NCBI GenBank assembly: GCA_964459155.1
Contig: CAYWKF010000011.1
Coordinates: forward strand, 84,011 to 148,010
DNA from: an uncultured Desulfobacterales bacterium
Lineage (GTDB): Bacteria; Desulfobacterota; Dissulfuribacteria; Dissulfuribacterales; JALVPX01
DNA: 64,000 nucleotides
Reading direction: 5' to 3'
The position numbers and the translations under genes are program-made. The notes beneath the pieces were generated by a model. The model made no database searches, was not told the DNA's origin, and saw only the letters and a program-made list of their open reading frames with translations. This document shows positions 1 through 8,550 of the stretch, in pieces (positions within the stretch are counted from its first letter, which is position 1; every line of letters starts with the position of its first letter).

Positions 1-33
1 CACAAACGCGAGAAAGAGGAGTTCCTGAGGCTG

Positions 34-654
34 TTGGGCCAAACTGGTGAGACGCTTACAAAAGAAGAAGAAAAAATTTTGGACCATTTCCTGACCACTG
101 AGGGCCATATTTCGCCAGAATATCTCACCGAAAAGATAGGCGACCCAGGTTTGGATACGGAAACGGTTACCAAGATGCTTGAAAAACTATGTCGATACGG
201 CATAGCCCAAAAGGTCCAATTCAACGGCAGGGGCACCTGGTTTGAGCATCTTCATTTAGGGTCAGAGCATGACCATCTTCTATGCACAAGCTGCGGTAAG
301 ATTACTGAGTTCAAAGACCCTTTTCTAAAAAAACAGGGAGACAAGATTGCCAGCAGCTACAGGTTTCAGCCATTGCACTATAAGATGACCATTTTGGGCT
401 TATGTCCCAGATGCCGCAGAGATAAGGCGGCTGCCATGCCTTTATCCTTGGCGTCAGCAGGCGAACGTGTACGGATAGTCAGGTTGGCCGGAGGCTGTGA
501 GGTTCAGCAGCGTCTTAGATCATTGGGAATAAACGTTGGGGATACTATAGAAATCATCAACAACAAAGGACCGGTTATAGTTAATGCCAAGGGATCACGC
601 ATAGGCCTTGGCCTTGGCCTTGCCCACAAGGTTTTGGTTGCTCCGGTTGAATGA
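34..654 (+). CDS. Fur-family metalloregulator fused to a C-terminal FeoA (SH3-like) domain. The frame is open back to nt 1, so the true start may lie upstream of the window.
   Basis: Fur hallmarks HLHLGSEHDHLLCTSCGKITEF and LGLCPRC. The last ~75 aa (GERVRIVRLAGG..GINVGDTIEII..GPVIV..GSRIGLGLGLAHKVLV) look like FeoA. The TTG at 34 is the first start codon in the window. Confidence 0.75.
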   Translation: MGQTGETLTKEEEKILDHFLTTEGHISPEYLTEKIGDPGLDTETVTKMLEKLCRYGIAQKVQFNGRGTWFEHLHLGSEHDHLLCTSCGKITEFKDPFLKKQGDKIASSYRFQPLHYKMTILGLCPRCRRDKAAAMPLSLASAGERVRIVRLAGGCEVQQRLRSLGINVGDTIEIINNKGPVIVNAKGSRIGLGLGLAHKVLVAPVE

Positions 655-669
655 GCTTGAGGTAGAAAG

Positions 670-1479
670 ATGGATTTGAAGATTGGTTTCATTGGCGGCG
701 GTCAGATGGCAGAGGCCTTGATAAAGGGCCTTTTGGACAAGGGGATGGCAACAGAGGATACGTTGAGTGCGAGCGACCCCTCTCAAGCCCGGAGAGAGCA
801 TCTGTCAAAGCAATATGGAATAAGGGTTTGGGAACGCAATCAGCCGGTATTGGAATTTTCGAATGTGTTGATTCTGGCTGTGAAGCCCCAGGTAATGAAA
901 ATAGTGCTTGACGACATTGCAGCTTCTGTCACAGAGAGTCACATCTTGATCTCCATTGCTGCTGGTATTTCCACCGCCTATTTGGAAAAGGGGCTACCTG
1001 GTCATGCCAGAGTGATAAGGGTAATGCCCAACACTCCAGCCCTGGTTCAAAAGGGTGCAGCAGCATTGTGCAAAGGCACCAAGGCCTCGAAACAAGATCT
1101 CGAGGTTGCCTTGGCCATTTTTGACTCCGTTGGGGAAGCGGTGGTGGTGCCTGAATCCATGATGGATGCGGTTACTGGCCTTAGCGGCAGCGGTCCAGCC
1201 TACGTATTCCAGTTTATCCAGGCCATGGTTGATGGTGGAGTGCTTGAAGGCCTTCCACGGGACATAGCCCAACGGTTGGCTGTCCAGACCGTCTTGGGTG
1301 CTGCTGAAATGTGCAAAAGAAGCGGGAAAAATCCAGCTGAATTGACTGCCATGGTCACAAGCCCAGGGGGTACCACAATCCAGGGCATCTATGAGATGGA
1401 AAGAGACGGCTTCAGAGGAAGTGTGATGGCTGCTGTGAGTGCAGCTACGGCCCGTTCCAAAGAGCTTGGAGGAGAGTAG
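670..1479 (+). CDS. proC: Pyrroline-5-carboxylate reductase
   Basis: N-terminal IGFIGGGQMAEALIKGLL Rossmann motif, a PNTPALV motif and a C-terminal TSPGGTT motif typical of ProC. 269 aa. Confidence 0.9.
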   Translation: MDLKIGFIGGGQMAEALIKGLLDKGMATEDTLSASDPSQARREHLSKQYGIRVWERNQPVLEFSNVLILAVKPQVMKIVLDDIAASVTESHILISIAAGISTAYLEKGLPGHARVIRVMPNTPALVQKGAAALCKGTKASKQDLEVALAIFDSVGEAVVVPESMMDAVTGLSGSGPAYVFQFIQAMVDGGVLEGLPRDIAQRLAVQTVLGAAEMCKRSGKNPAELTAMVTSPGGTTIQGIYEMERDGFRGSVMAAVSAATARSKELGGE

Positions 1480-2859
1480 TTGCCAGAGATAGGTAGCTTT
1501 AATAGTGCCAAATCCTTTATTGAAGGACTGGACCTTTCGAATAGACATGGGCCAGCCTTTCTGTTTCTGGGAAGAAACGAGGCAACAGCACCTCTTGTCG
1601 GCATGCTTATAGATAAGCTTTTGCCAGAAGGTCCTTCAGATTTCAATCTTCACAAGTTTGATACAGAAAGTGCCATGCCATCGGCTGTGGCTGAAGCCCT
1701 TGGGTCGGCATCCCTGTTTCCGGGCAGAAAGGTTGTCTTGATAAAAGATCCACCATTTTTTTCCATCCAGTCCAAGTCCTCTTTAGACTGGGAAGATTTC
1801 GTCCAATTACTAGAAGCAGACAAGGTCAAGAAAGCTGCAACTGTTCTGGCAACTCTGCTTCATGAAACTTCTTTGCGCCCTGAAAATGTGGCTGAAATGG
1901 ATGACAGTCAATTCAGGAAAGCAGCAGGCGTGGATGAAGATTTTGACATTGCTTCGGTTAGAAAATTTGTCCAGACCAATCAGCCGTTAATAGACAGGTT
2001 GATGAGTGTGGGCCAGGCAGATTGGTCATGGCTCGAATCCTGGATAAAGGCCTCTGGTGCAAAAGTTGATGTTGCGCTGGTGGTTACGGCAGAGAAGGTA
2101 GACAAGAGGTCTAAGTTGTTCAAAGTGTTCAAAAAACATGGCACCGTGTTTGACCTAGCTGCTTCCTCGCAGCGTGAAGAAAAGGAGCAACTACACTCTT
2201 TTTTTGCAAGATATGCCAAGGAAAGAGGCCTGAAGTTCAGCCGGGAGGCCGCAACACTGTTCTTACAGAGAGTAGGTAATGACCTTGGGGCCCTGAAAAG
2301 GGAATTGGAAAAACTTTCTCTATCCAACACTACTGTTACAGGGACTATTGATATCGAGCAGGTAGAGGAGTTGGTCACTGCCCATAAGATTGATGAACTT
2401 TATGAGCTCAACGAGGCCTTGGGAAACAAAGACGTTGCTTTGGCCTTGAAAATTGTCCGAAAGTTGCTGGACCAAGGCTTTCATCCATTGGCCATTTTCC
2501 AGGGCATGGCCAACTACCTGTTGAAACTGTTCCTGCTGCACCAGGCCCTGGCTGGAATCGGCCTGAAAAACATGTCACAAATAGGCTCTTATCCAAGATT
2601 TCAAAAAGAGATATTGCCTTTGATAAAAAAACATTGGGAGGAAGGCTGCCCAGAAATCATCAAAAAATCTCATCCTTACGGACTTTTTAAAATGGTGCCG
2701 AAGGCAGCATCTTTTTGCACCACACAGGAATTTTTGGAAATCATACAGGCCCTTTATCACTTTGACCTGGCCCTGCGCACTTCTGCCATACCTCCAGATT
2801 TGGTGCTTGAAGCCTTGCTCTTCCAGGTTATTAAGGGGGAATCGTCTGGTGGAAAATAG
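1480..2859 (+). CDS. holA: DNA polymerase III delta subunit (long form, 459 aa)
   Basis: LFPGRKVVLIKDPPFF near the N-terminus and FSREAATLFLQRVGNDLGALKRELEKLSL, the delta-subunit signature. The TTG start abuts the proC stop. Confidence 0.7.
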   Translation: MPEIGSFNSAKSFIEGLDLSNRHGPAFLFLGRNEATAPLVGMLIDKLLPEGPSDFNLHKFDTESAMPSAVAEALGSASLFPGRKVVLIKDPPFFSIQSKSSLDWEDFVQLLEADKVKKAATVLATLLHETSLRPENVAEMDDSQFRKAAGVDEDFDIASVRKFVQTNQPLIDRLMSVGQADWSWLESWIKASGAKVDVALVVTAEKVDKRSKLFKVFKKHGTVFDLAASSQREEKEQLHSFFARYAKERGLKFSREAATLFLQRVGNDLGALKRELEKLSLSNTTVTGTIDIEQVEELVTAHKIDELYELNEALGNKDVALALKIVRKLLDQGFHPLAIFQGMANYLLKLFLLHQALAGIGLKNMSQIGSYPRFQKEILPLIKKHWEEGCPEIIKKSHPYGLFKMVPKAASFCTTQEFLEIIQALYHFDLALRTSAIPPDLVLEALLFQVIKGESSGGK

Positions 2860-3454
2860 AAAGTCCCTCTTGCCTGTGGCCCGTTTTCTGTTCGAAGGCT
2901 CCATGCTCAAAAAGGTCTTGCGCACAGGATATCCTTTTCTTGGCAAGGGAGAGGAGTCAGTGGCAGCTCACACCTTTGGAGTGATGTTGGCTGCCTTTGC
3001 GCTGGCAAAAGAGTTTGAATCAGTAGATATGGAGCGTTTATTGCATCTGTGTCTATTCCACGATCTTACAGAGGCTCGCACAGGCGATGCCAACGCAGTG
3101 CACAAGCTCTATTTAACCATTGATGAGGAGAAGGCAGCTAGGCATATGACGCGGGAACTTGACTGGGGACAAGAGGTCTATGATCTGCTCGAAGAGTATC
3201 GTGCGGCAGAGACCGTTGAGGCCCAGATTGCCCATGACGCAGACCAGATCGACATGCTTCTTTCCCTGAAGGAGCATCTTGACACTGGAAGTGAAGACGC
3301 AGGATTATGGATTCCCTATGTCAGGGCCAGGCTTAAAACAGAGCCGGCCAAAAGGCTTGCAGAAGCCATTATGAATGAACATTGGGCAGCATGGTGGATG
3401 CGCGATCTGTTAGGAAAAGACTTCAAAAAAAATAAAAATGTAAAGGAGGAGTAA
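2849..3454 (+). CDS. HD-domain phosphohydrolase (YfbR/5'-deoxynucleotidase-like)
   Basis: ESVAAHTFGVMLAA and HLCLFHDLTEARTGD (H..HD..D pattern). The GTG at 2849 overlaps the holA stop. The ATG at 2903 is an alternative start. Confidence 0.7.
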   Translation: MENRKSLLPVARFLFEGSMLKKVLRTGYPFLGKGEESVAAHTFGVMLAAFALAKEFESVDMERLLHLCLFHDLTEARTGDANAVHKLYLTIDEEKAARHMTRELDWGQEVYDLLEEYRAAETVEAQIAHDADQIDMLLSLKEHLDTGSEDAGLWIPYVRARLKTEPAKRLAEAIMNEHWAAWWMRDLLGKDFKKNKNVKEE

Positions 3455-4599
3455 TGATAAACAAGAAAATTCTATTTTGGCTTAGCCTGTTTATTGCAGT
3501 TCCAGCCTTTGCCCTTGCCTCAGCTCAGGGTAAGGCAAAGGTCAAGATCTATTATACGGCCAACACCTATGGTTACCTGGAGGCATGCCCTTCTTGAAAG
3601 GGCAAAGTGGTGGGCGGTCTTGCCCGCCGGGTTCAATGGCTCAAGGAAAATAGGAAAAAAAAGGATGCTTCTTTGCTCCTCGATGCGGGGGATTCCCTCT
3701 TTCCTGGCGAATACGCCAGGGGGGACATCTACAAGAAAAGGGCAGACTACATGCTGGAAGTGTATGGAATGCTTGGTTACGATGCCTTTGGTATTGGCAG
3801 GCGTGACCTGCCCTTTGGTATCCAATTCCTTGAGGAGCAGTCCAAGAAGCATGGAATCGAATTTGTTTCAGCAAATCTCCTTTCCAAAGGAAAAAGGCCC
3901 TTTGCTCCTTACAAGGTTTTCAAAGTTGGAGACACCAAAGTGGCAGTCATCTCTGTGATATCTTCCAGGCCGAACAAGACGTGGGAAGCAATGTCCATTT
4001 CAGTAGTCGATCCAAGGCCATTCCTGCAGGAGACAGTGCCTGCGCTCAGGAAGGAGGCCGATCTAGTGGTGCTCCTTTCGAATCTGGGCGAAGTGGAAGA
4101 CCGCAATTTGGTGAAAGAGATTCCAGGAATAGATCTTGTGATAGGAAGTGGCCTTGGTTCGAGATTTAAATTCCCCGTAAAGGTGGCGGACAAAACATAC
4201 ATGGTAAGGCCGCAGAGTAGGGGTAAGAGTATCGGCTGGGTGGAAATTAACATTCCATTTACAGGCCAGGATGACGAGATAAAAGGTGAATTGGTATTCC
4301 TTTCAGGCGTGGTGAAAGACGATCCAGAAGTGGCTAAGAAGGTCAAGGCCCTGGAAACAGAAACCAGGAAATGGGAACGCATCCACAAGAAAAAGGTCTC
4401 TTCAAGCCCTAAGGATCGTAAAAAGGCGGCCAAAGACAACCCATTCTTGAAGGCCCTTGAAAAGGCAAGAAAACAGAGAAAGGCCTTAGACGCAAAAGGT
4501 GAAAAAGGCAGTGGTGCATCCTTTTTGGAAATCCTTAAAAAAGGCCAGACCGAACAACCTGCTGCACCCAGCAACCAAGATTCCTTAAGGCTTAAGTAA
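3454..4599 (+). CDS. Secreted calcineurin-fold (5'-nucleotidase/metallophosphoesterase-like) protein with an in-frame UGA at 3595-3597; candidate selenoprotein with a CPSU motif
   Basis: The ATG at 3454 overlaps the HD-gene TAA and encodes signal peptide MINKKILFWLSLFIAVPAFALASAQG. Next come KIYYTANTYGYLEACPS-UGA-KGKVVGGLARR..LLLDAGDS in one frame. The family's motif I lies upstream of the UGA, and its GG.ar and DaGD motifs lie downstream. Confidence 0.6.
3595..3645 (+). promoter_or_regulatory. UGA codon plus downstream SECIS-like hairpin
   Basis: GGCGG (3613-3617) pairs with CCGCC (3624-3628) around loop UCUUGC (GGUCUU context), starting 15 nt after the UGA. An outer CUUGA (3593-3597) / UCAAG (3641-3645) pairing is possible. 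Confidence 0.4.
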
Positions 4600-4606
4600 C
4601 AGAACG

Positions 4607-5827
4607 ATAGTAACCAGAAAGACGAAATCAAAACAGTGTGTAAAATGCGGCTCATGCCTGGCTGTATGCCCTGTTTACAGGGTTACCAGGCATGAGCGTT
4701 TTTCTCCCAGGGGTAAAAATGCCCTGGTTCAACATCTTGGTTCATCATTCACTTCTAAACAAGATCTCAAATTAGTTTCTGAGACCATCAAGGCTTGTCT
4801 TCAATGCGGGGCATGTACATCAGTCTGCAATGCTGGTGTAGAGGTGGATGCCATAATACGGGAAATCAGGGCCTCTAGAGGAACTGAAAGCAGTCCACCA
4901 TGGTGGTTGAAGCCCATCTTCTCCAATCCAAAAGTGGTTGAACAGATAGCTCCTCTGGCCTTGCGCCATCCAAAGGCAGTTGGTTTTTCTTTGAGACTGC
5001 TTGGATCACAATTTGGCCATGAAGCAAAAAAGATGGCCGTTTTTTTGGCAAAGCAATCCTTTTTGTCCTCACAAGGCGCAGAGAAAAGGGGTAAGGATGA
5101 CAAACCTAGTGCGCTTTTTTTCGTAGGATGCATTCAAAACTTGTGCTTCACAGAGTCTGCAAGGGCAGTGTTGGAGGCGCTGCTTTCCCAGGATTTTCGT
5201 GTGATCCTACCAAAGAACCAGGGCTGTTGCGGCATGGCGCTTTTTTCGGCTGGAGCATTCGAAGAGGCTAAAAGGGCGGCAGCCCACAATCTTCAAATAA
5301 TCAGGAAGCATAGGCCTGACTTCATTGTAACAGGGTGTGCTACATGTGCTTCCATGATATCTAAATGGGAAGGGCTTTTCAGGCATGATGATCCGCTGAA
5401 ACAGGTGGCTCAACATTTTGGAAAAAAGGTCTATGAACTCTCCGCCTTCGTCAAAGAGCATGGTGACGCCATAGCAGTCAAAAGGGCTACTTGGACCAGG
5501 GGAAAAAGAGTGGCTTATCATTTGCCATGCCACCAAAAATATGGATTAAAGGAGGAAAATAGTGGTCCAGAGCTACTGGCCAAGGCCTTTAACGAAGACT
5601 TCGTGAAAATGGGCCAGGGCTGCTGTGGACAAGGCGGCCTTTTCGGCCTAGGCCATCCCAAGGAATCGTATGCCATGGCCCAAGAGCGGATTGAGAGCGC
5701 AGCCCAGGAAGGGGTATCCGTAATTGCAACCACCTGTTCCGGATGCTTGCTCCAGTGGAAGATGGCCATTAAAAAAGAGGGTGCAGAAATCAAGGCGTGC
5801 CATTTTGCAGAGGTGTTCAGTTGGTAA
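4607..5827 (+). CDS. GlcF/GlpC/HdrD-like Fe-S oxidoreductase (two 4Fe-4S ferredoxin motifs plus two CCG domains); start codon unresolved
   Basis: In frame: CVKCGSCLAVCP and CLQCGACTSVCN, then CCGMA..TGCATC and CCGQGG..TCSGC cysteine-rich CCG motifs. The frame opens at 4589. There is no ATG/GTG/TTG before the GTG at 4844. The ATA at 4607 is the only near-cognate codon. Confidence 0.7.
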   Translation: MVTRKTKSKQCVKCGSCLAVCPVYRVTRHERFSPRGKNALVQHLGSSFTSKQDLKLVSETIKACLQCGACTSVCNAGVEVDAIIREIRASRGTESSPPWWLKPIFSNPKVVEQIAPLALRHPKAVGFSLRLLGSQFGHEAKKMAVFLAKQSFLSSQGAEKRGKDDKPSALFFVGCIQNLCFTESARAVLEALLSQDFRVILPKNQGCCGMALFSAGAFEEAKRAAAHNLQIIRKHRPDFIVTGCATCASMISKWEGLFRHDDPLKQVAQHFGKKVYELSAFVKEHGDAIAVKRATWTRGKRVAYHLPCHQKYGLKEENSGPELLAKAFNEDFVKMGQGCCGQGGLFGLGHPKESYAMAQERIESAAQEGVSVIATTCSGCLLQWKMAIKKEGAEIKACHFAEVFSW

Positions 5828-6423
5828 AGAGGATTCAGGATCATTTTTCCAAAAAGGCCAAGGCTGAGGGATATCCCGCCCGTTCAGTCTACAAGCTCCA
5901 GGAGGCCCAGAAAAAATACAAATTTCTCAAAAAGGGCCACAAGGTCCTGGACCTTGGAGCTTCACCAGGCTCATGGTCAAAGTATGCTGCATCAATCGTA
6001 GGCAAAAATGGCAGGGTGATTGCTGTTGATCTCAATCCCCTGGCGCATGACTATCCCAATGTCACACAGATAAAGGCAGATATATATAAGTTTCCAGTGG
6101 AAGAGCTGAAGAAAATTTCGGAATGTTACGATGTCGTTTTAAGTGATATGGCTCCGAAGACCAGTGGACGCAAGGATGTCGATCATCTGCGTTCCATAAG
6201 TCTGGCAGAAAGGGCCTTGGAAATAGCTGTGGATCTGCTTTGTCCAGGCGGTGTCTTTTTCTGCAAAGTCTTTCAGGGCGGCAGCTTCGATGAATTTAGA
6301 AATATGTGCCGCTCCCGCTTCAAAAGTGTGAAGATCTTTAAACCAAAAAGCTCGCGTTCCCAAAGCGTGGAGATCTTTCTCTTTTGTTCAGGGCTTAAAA
6401 GGGATGGCAATGTTGAACAATAG
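5797..6423 (+). CDS. rlmE: 23S rRNA (uridine-2'-O)-methyltransferase RlmE/FtsJ
   Basis: RSVYKLQEAQKKYKFLKKGHKVLDLGASPGSWSKYA and VVLSDMAPKTSG motifs. The TTG at 5821 is an alternative start. Confidence 0.85.
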   Translation: MPFCRGVQLVKRIQDHFSKKAKAEGYPARSVYKLQEAQKKYKFLKKGHKVLDLGASPGSWSKYAASIVGKNGRVIAVDLNPLAHDYPNVTQIKADIYKFPVEELKKISECYDVVLSDMAPKTSGRKDVDHLRSISLAERALEIAVDLLCPGGVFFCKVFQGGSFDEFRNMCRSRFKSVKIFKPKSSRSQSVEIFLFCSGLKRDGNVEQ

Positions 6424-6493
6424 CCCTTCTTTGTATACATATAATGGCTGTGGTCACGACTGAGATTTTTAATCCTTAAACCAGGAGGAAAAC

Positions 6494-6811
6494 ATGGGAG
6501 AAAAGGCCAAGAAAGAAAAACCGCTTGAAAAGATGACAGCCACAGAGCTGCGTGAAGTTGCCAAGGAAATACCAGAGATTCAAGGTGCCCATGGCATGAA
6601 CAAGGAAGAACTGCTCTCTGCCATCAGAAAGGCAAGGGGCATTGAGGAGCCTAAGAGGCCCAAGACGTCCATGAGAGAGATCAAGTTGAAGATCAAAGAG
6701 TTCAGGGAAAAGGCTGCCCAGGCCAAAGAGGCCAACGACCTCAAGATGTACAAAATCTATCGCAAACGCGCCATCAAGCTCAAAAAAATGACCCGCCGGG
6801 CCGCTGTCTAA
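6494..6811 (+). CDS. Small highly charged protein with an N-terminal Rho_N/SAP-like helix-extended-helix motif
   Basis: Strong AGGAGG 6 nt upstream of the ATG. MTATELREVAKEIPEIQGAHGMNKEELLSAI resembles the Rho N-terminal/SAP motif. The rest is Lys/Glu-rich. Confidence 0.55.
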   Translation: MGEKAKKEKPLEKMTATELREVAKEIPEIQGAHGMNKEELLSAIRKARGIEEPKRPKTSMREIKLKIKEFREKAAQAKEANDLKMYKIYRKRAIKLKKMTRRAAV

Positions 6812-6822
6812 GGTATGATCCC

Positions 6823-7710
6823 ATGGCAAAAGAGGCAGTGTTTGAAACCAATTTTCCTGATGTGAGCCTTAAACACCGCGGAAAGGTAAGGGATGTATAT
6901 GACCTTGGTGAACACTATTTGATAGTGGCCACAGACCGCCTTTCTGCCTTTGATGTTGTGCTGCCCACGCCCATACCAGGCAAAGGCAAGATTCTGACCC
7001 AGATGTCCCTGTTTTGGTTCGACATGTTCAAGAATGAAGTGCCGAACCATTTGGTTGCGTGGAATGTGGCTGACTATCCTCGGGTGCTGCACAAGTATGA
7101 GGCCGAGCTCGAGGGGCGCTCCATGCTGGTGAAGAAATGCAGCCCAATGCCGGTTGAGTGTATTGTCAGAGGTTACATCACAGGTTCTGCATGGAAGGAA
7201 TATCTCAAAACTGGTTCGGTGTGTGGCATCAAGTTGCCGGAAGGTTTGAAGGAATCAGAGCGTTTTCCTGAACCGCTTTTCACTCCATCCACAAAGGCCG
7301 AAGCAGGGCAGCATGACGAAAATATCAGCTATGAAAAAATGGTTGAGATAGTGGGTGAAGACAAGGCCTCCATACTCAAGGAGAAGAGTCTGCTCATATA
7401 TGGCAAGGCAGCGGAATATGCAAGGCAGCGGGGCGTCATAATTGCAGATACCAAGTTTGAATTTGGCGAATTTCAAGGTGAAATCATACTAATAGATGAA
7501 ATCCTCACTCCAGACTCTTCCCGTTTTTGGCCCTTGGAGGAATATGAAGTGGGCAAATCGCAACCAAGCTTTGACAAGCAGTATGTGCGCGATTACCTGG
7601 AATCCATTGGTTGGAACAAAAAACCGCCTGCACCAGAACTGCCTCCAGACGTAGTGGAAAAGACCATTGCACGCTACCAGGAGGCATTGGATCGGCTGGT
7701 ATCTGCTTAA
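6823..7710 (+). CDS. purC: Phosphoribosylaminoimidazole-succinocarboxamide (SAICAR) synthase
   Basis: GKVRDVYDLGEHYLIVATDRLSAFDVVL and IIADTKFEFG motifs. 295 aa long-form PurC. Confidence 0.9.
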   Translation: MAKEAVFETNFPDVSLKHRGKVRDVYDLGEHYLIVATDRLSAFDVVLPTPIPGKGKILTQMSLFWFDMFKNEVPNHLVAWNVADYPRVLHKYEAELEGRSMLVKKCSPMPVECIVRGYITGSAWKEYLKTGSVCGIKLPEGLKESERFPEPLFTPSTKAEAGQHDENISYEKMVEIVGEDKASILKEKSLLIYGKAAEYARQRGVIIADTKFEFGEFQGEIILIDEILTPDSSRFWPLEEYEVGKSQPSFDKQYVRDYLESIGWNKKPPAPELPPDVVEKTIARYQEALDRLVSA

Positions 7711-7899
7711 ACCAAAAGGATGAAATGAAGTGACTGCCTTCTTTGAAACTCGTTCTTTTGCCCAAAAACTGCGCAGTGATCGAAGAACAATCTTTGAAAC
7801 ACCAGCAACATGTCTGCGGTTGTTTTTCTGACCCAACACATCGCTGAGTCATTTCCGAGTCTTGGAGGTGTTCAGTTGACCAAATGGAGGGGCCTATTG

Positions 7900-8535
7900 A
7901 TGAAAATGGGCCTCTTTTTCATTTGCGCGGTTACCTCTATTCAACTTCTGTATTTAGGCGTTGCGGAAGCAGAAAATCGCTGGGCAACAGTAAAATATGT
8001 AATCGATGGCGACACGGTTGTGTTGTGTTCAGGAGAAATCATACGCTACATGGGCATAAACGCCCCGGAAATTGCCCATGAACCAGGTGGACACGATGAA
8101 CCCTTTGGCAGAAAGGCCTTGCAGAAAAACCGCCTACTCGTTGAAGGCAAACGAGTAAGGCTTGAGCTTGGTCCTGAAAAACAGGATAGATTTGGCAGGG
8201 GCCTAGCCTACATCTTTTTACCCAACGGTACCATGGTCAATGAACAGCTTGTCAGAAACGGCCTGGCCTACGTTTGTGCCTCTTCCTTCAATATTCCATA
8301 TTTCAGACGGTTGTTAGATGCCCAAAGATATGCCATACAACATTCTGAAGGCCTTTGGTCCCTTCCTGCCAAAAGGCCTGAGAAATATTATATTGCAAAC
8401 AAGAGGTCTTTGAGGTTTCACAGGCCCTCTTGCCCATATGGGCGCCATACCAGTTGGAGGAACAGAAAGATTTTTCCCACCAGGGAAGAGGCGGCTAGGC
8501 ATGGTTACTGTCCATGTAGGAAGTGCAGCCCTTAA
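7900..8535 (+). CDS. Secreted staphylococcal-nuclease (SNase/thermonuclease) homologue with a C-terminal Ada-type Zn-binding motif
   Basis: GGAGG lies 9 nt upstream of the ATG at 7900, followed by a signal-like MKMGLFFICAVTSIQLLYLGVAEA. VIDGDTVVL..YMGINAPE..FGRKA..RFGRGLAY..NEQLVRNGLAY is SNase-like. RFHRPSCPY..GYCPCRKC is Ada_Zn-like. Confidence 0.75.
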   Translation: MKMGLFFICAVTSIQLLYLGVAEAENRWATVKYVIDGDTVVLCSGEIIRYMGINAPEIAHEPGGHDEPFGRKALQKNRLLVEGKRVRLELGPEKQDRFGRGLAYIFLPNGTMVNEQLVRNGLAYVCASSFNIPYFRRLLDAQRYAIQHSEGLWSLPAKRPEKYYIANKRSLRFHRPSCPYGRHTSWRNRKIFPTREEAARHGYCPCRKCSP

Positions 8536-8550
8536 GAAAAGGAGGTCACC

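Noticed and set aside
994-1548. 184-aa minus-strand ORF across the proC/holA junction
   Set aside because: It is antisense to two well-supported genes, with no motif and no RBS.
4585-4600. Programmed +1 frameshift joining the CxxU protein to the Fe-S protein (UUA AGG CUU AAG UAA C)
   Set aside because: There is no recognised slippery or hungry-codon heptamer in the 9-nt window where a shift would have to occur. A signal-peptide protein fused to a cytoplasmic Fe-S domain is also topologically implausible.
3909-4655. 248-aa minus-strand ORF opposite the calcineurin-fold gene
   Set aside because: It lies antisense to a gene with clear family motifs. Its own translation is Ser/Leu/Phe-rich with no recognisable motif or RBS, so it is a shadow ORF.
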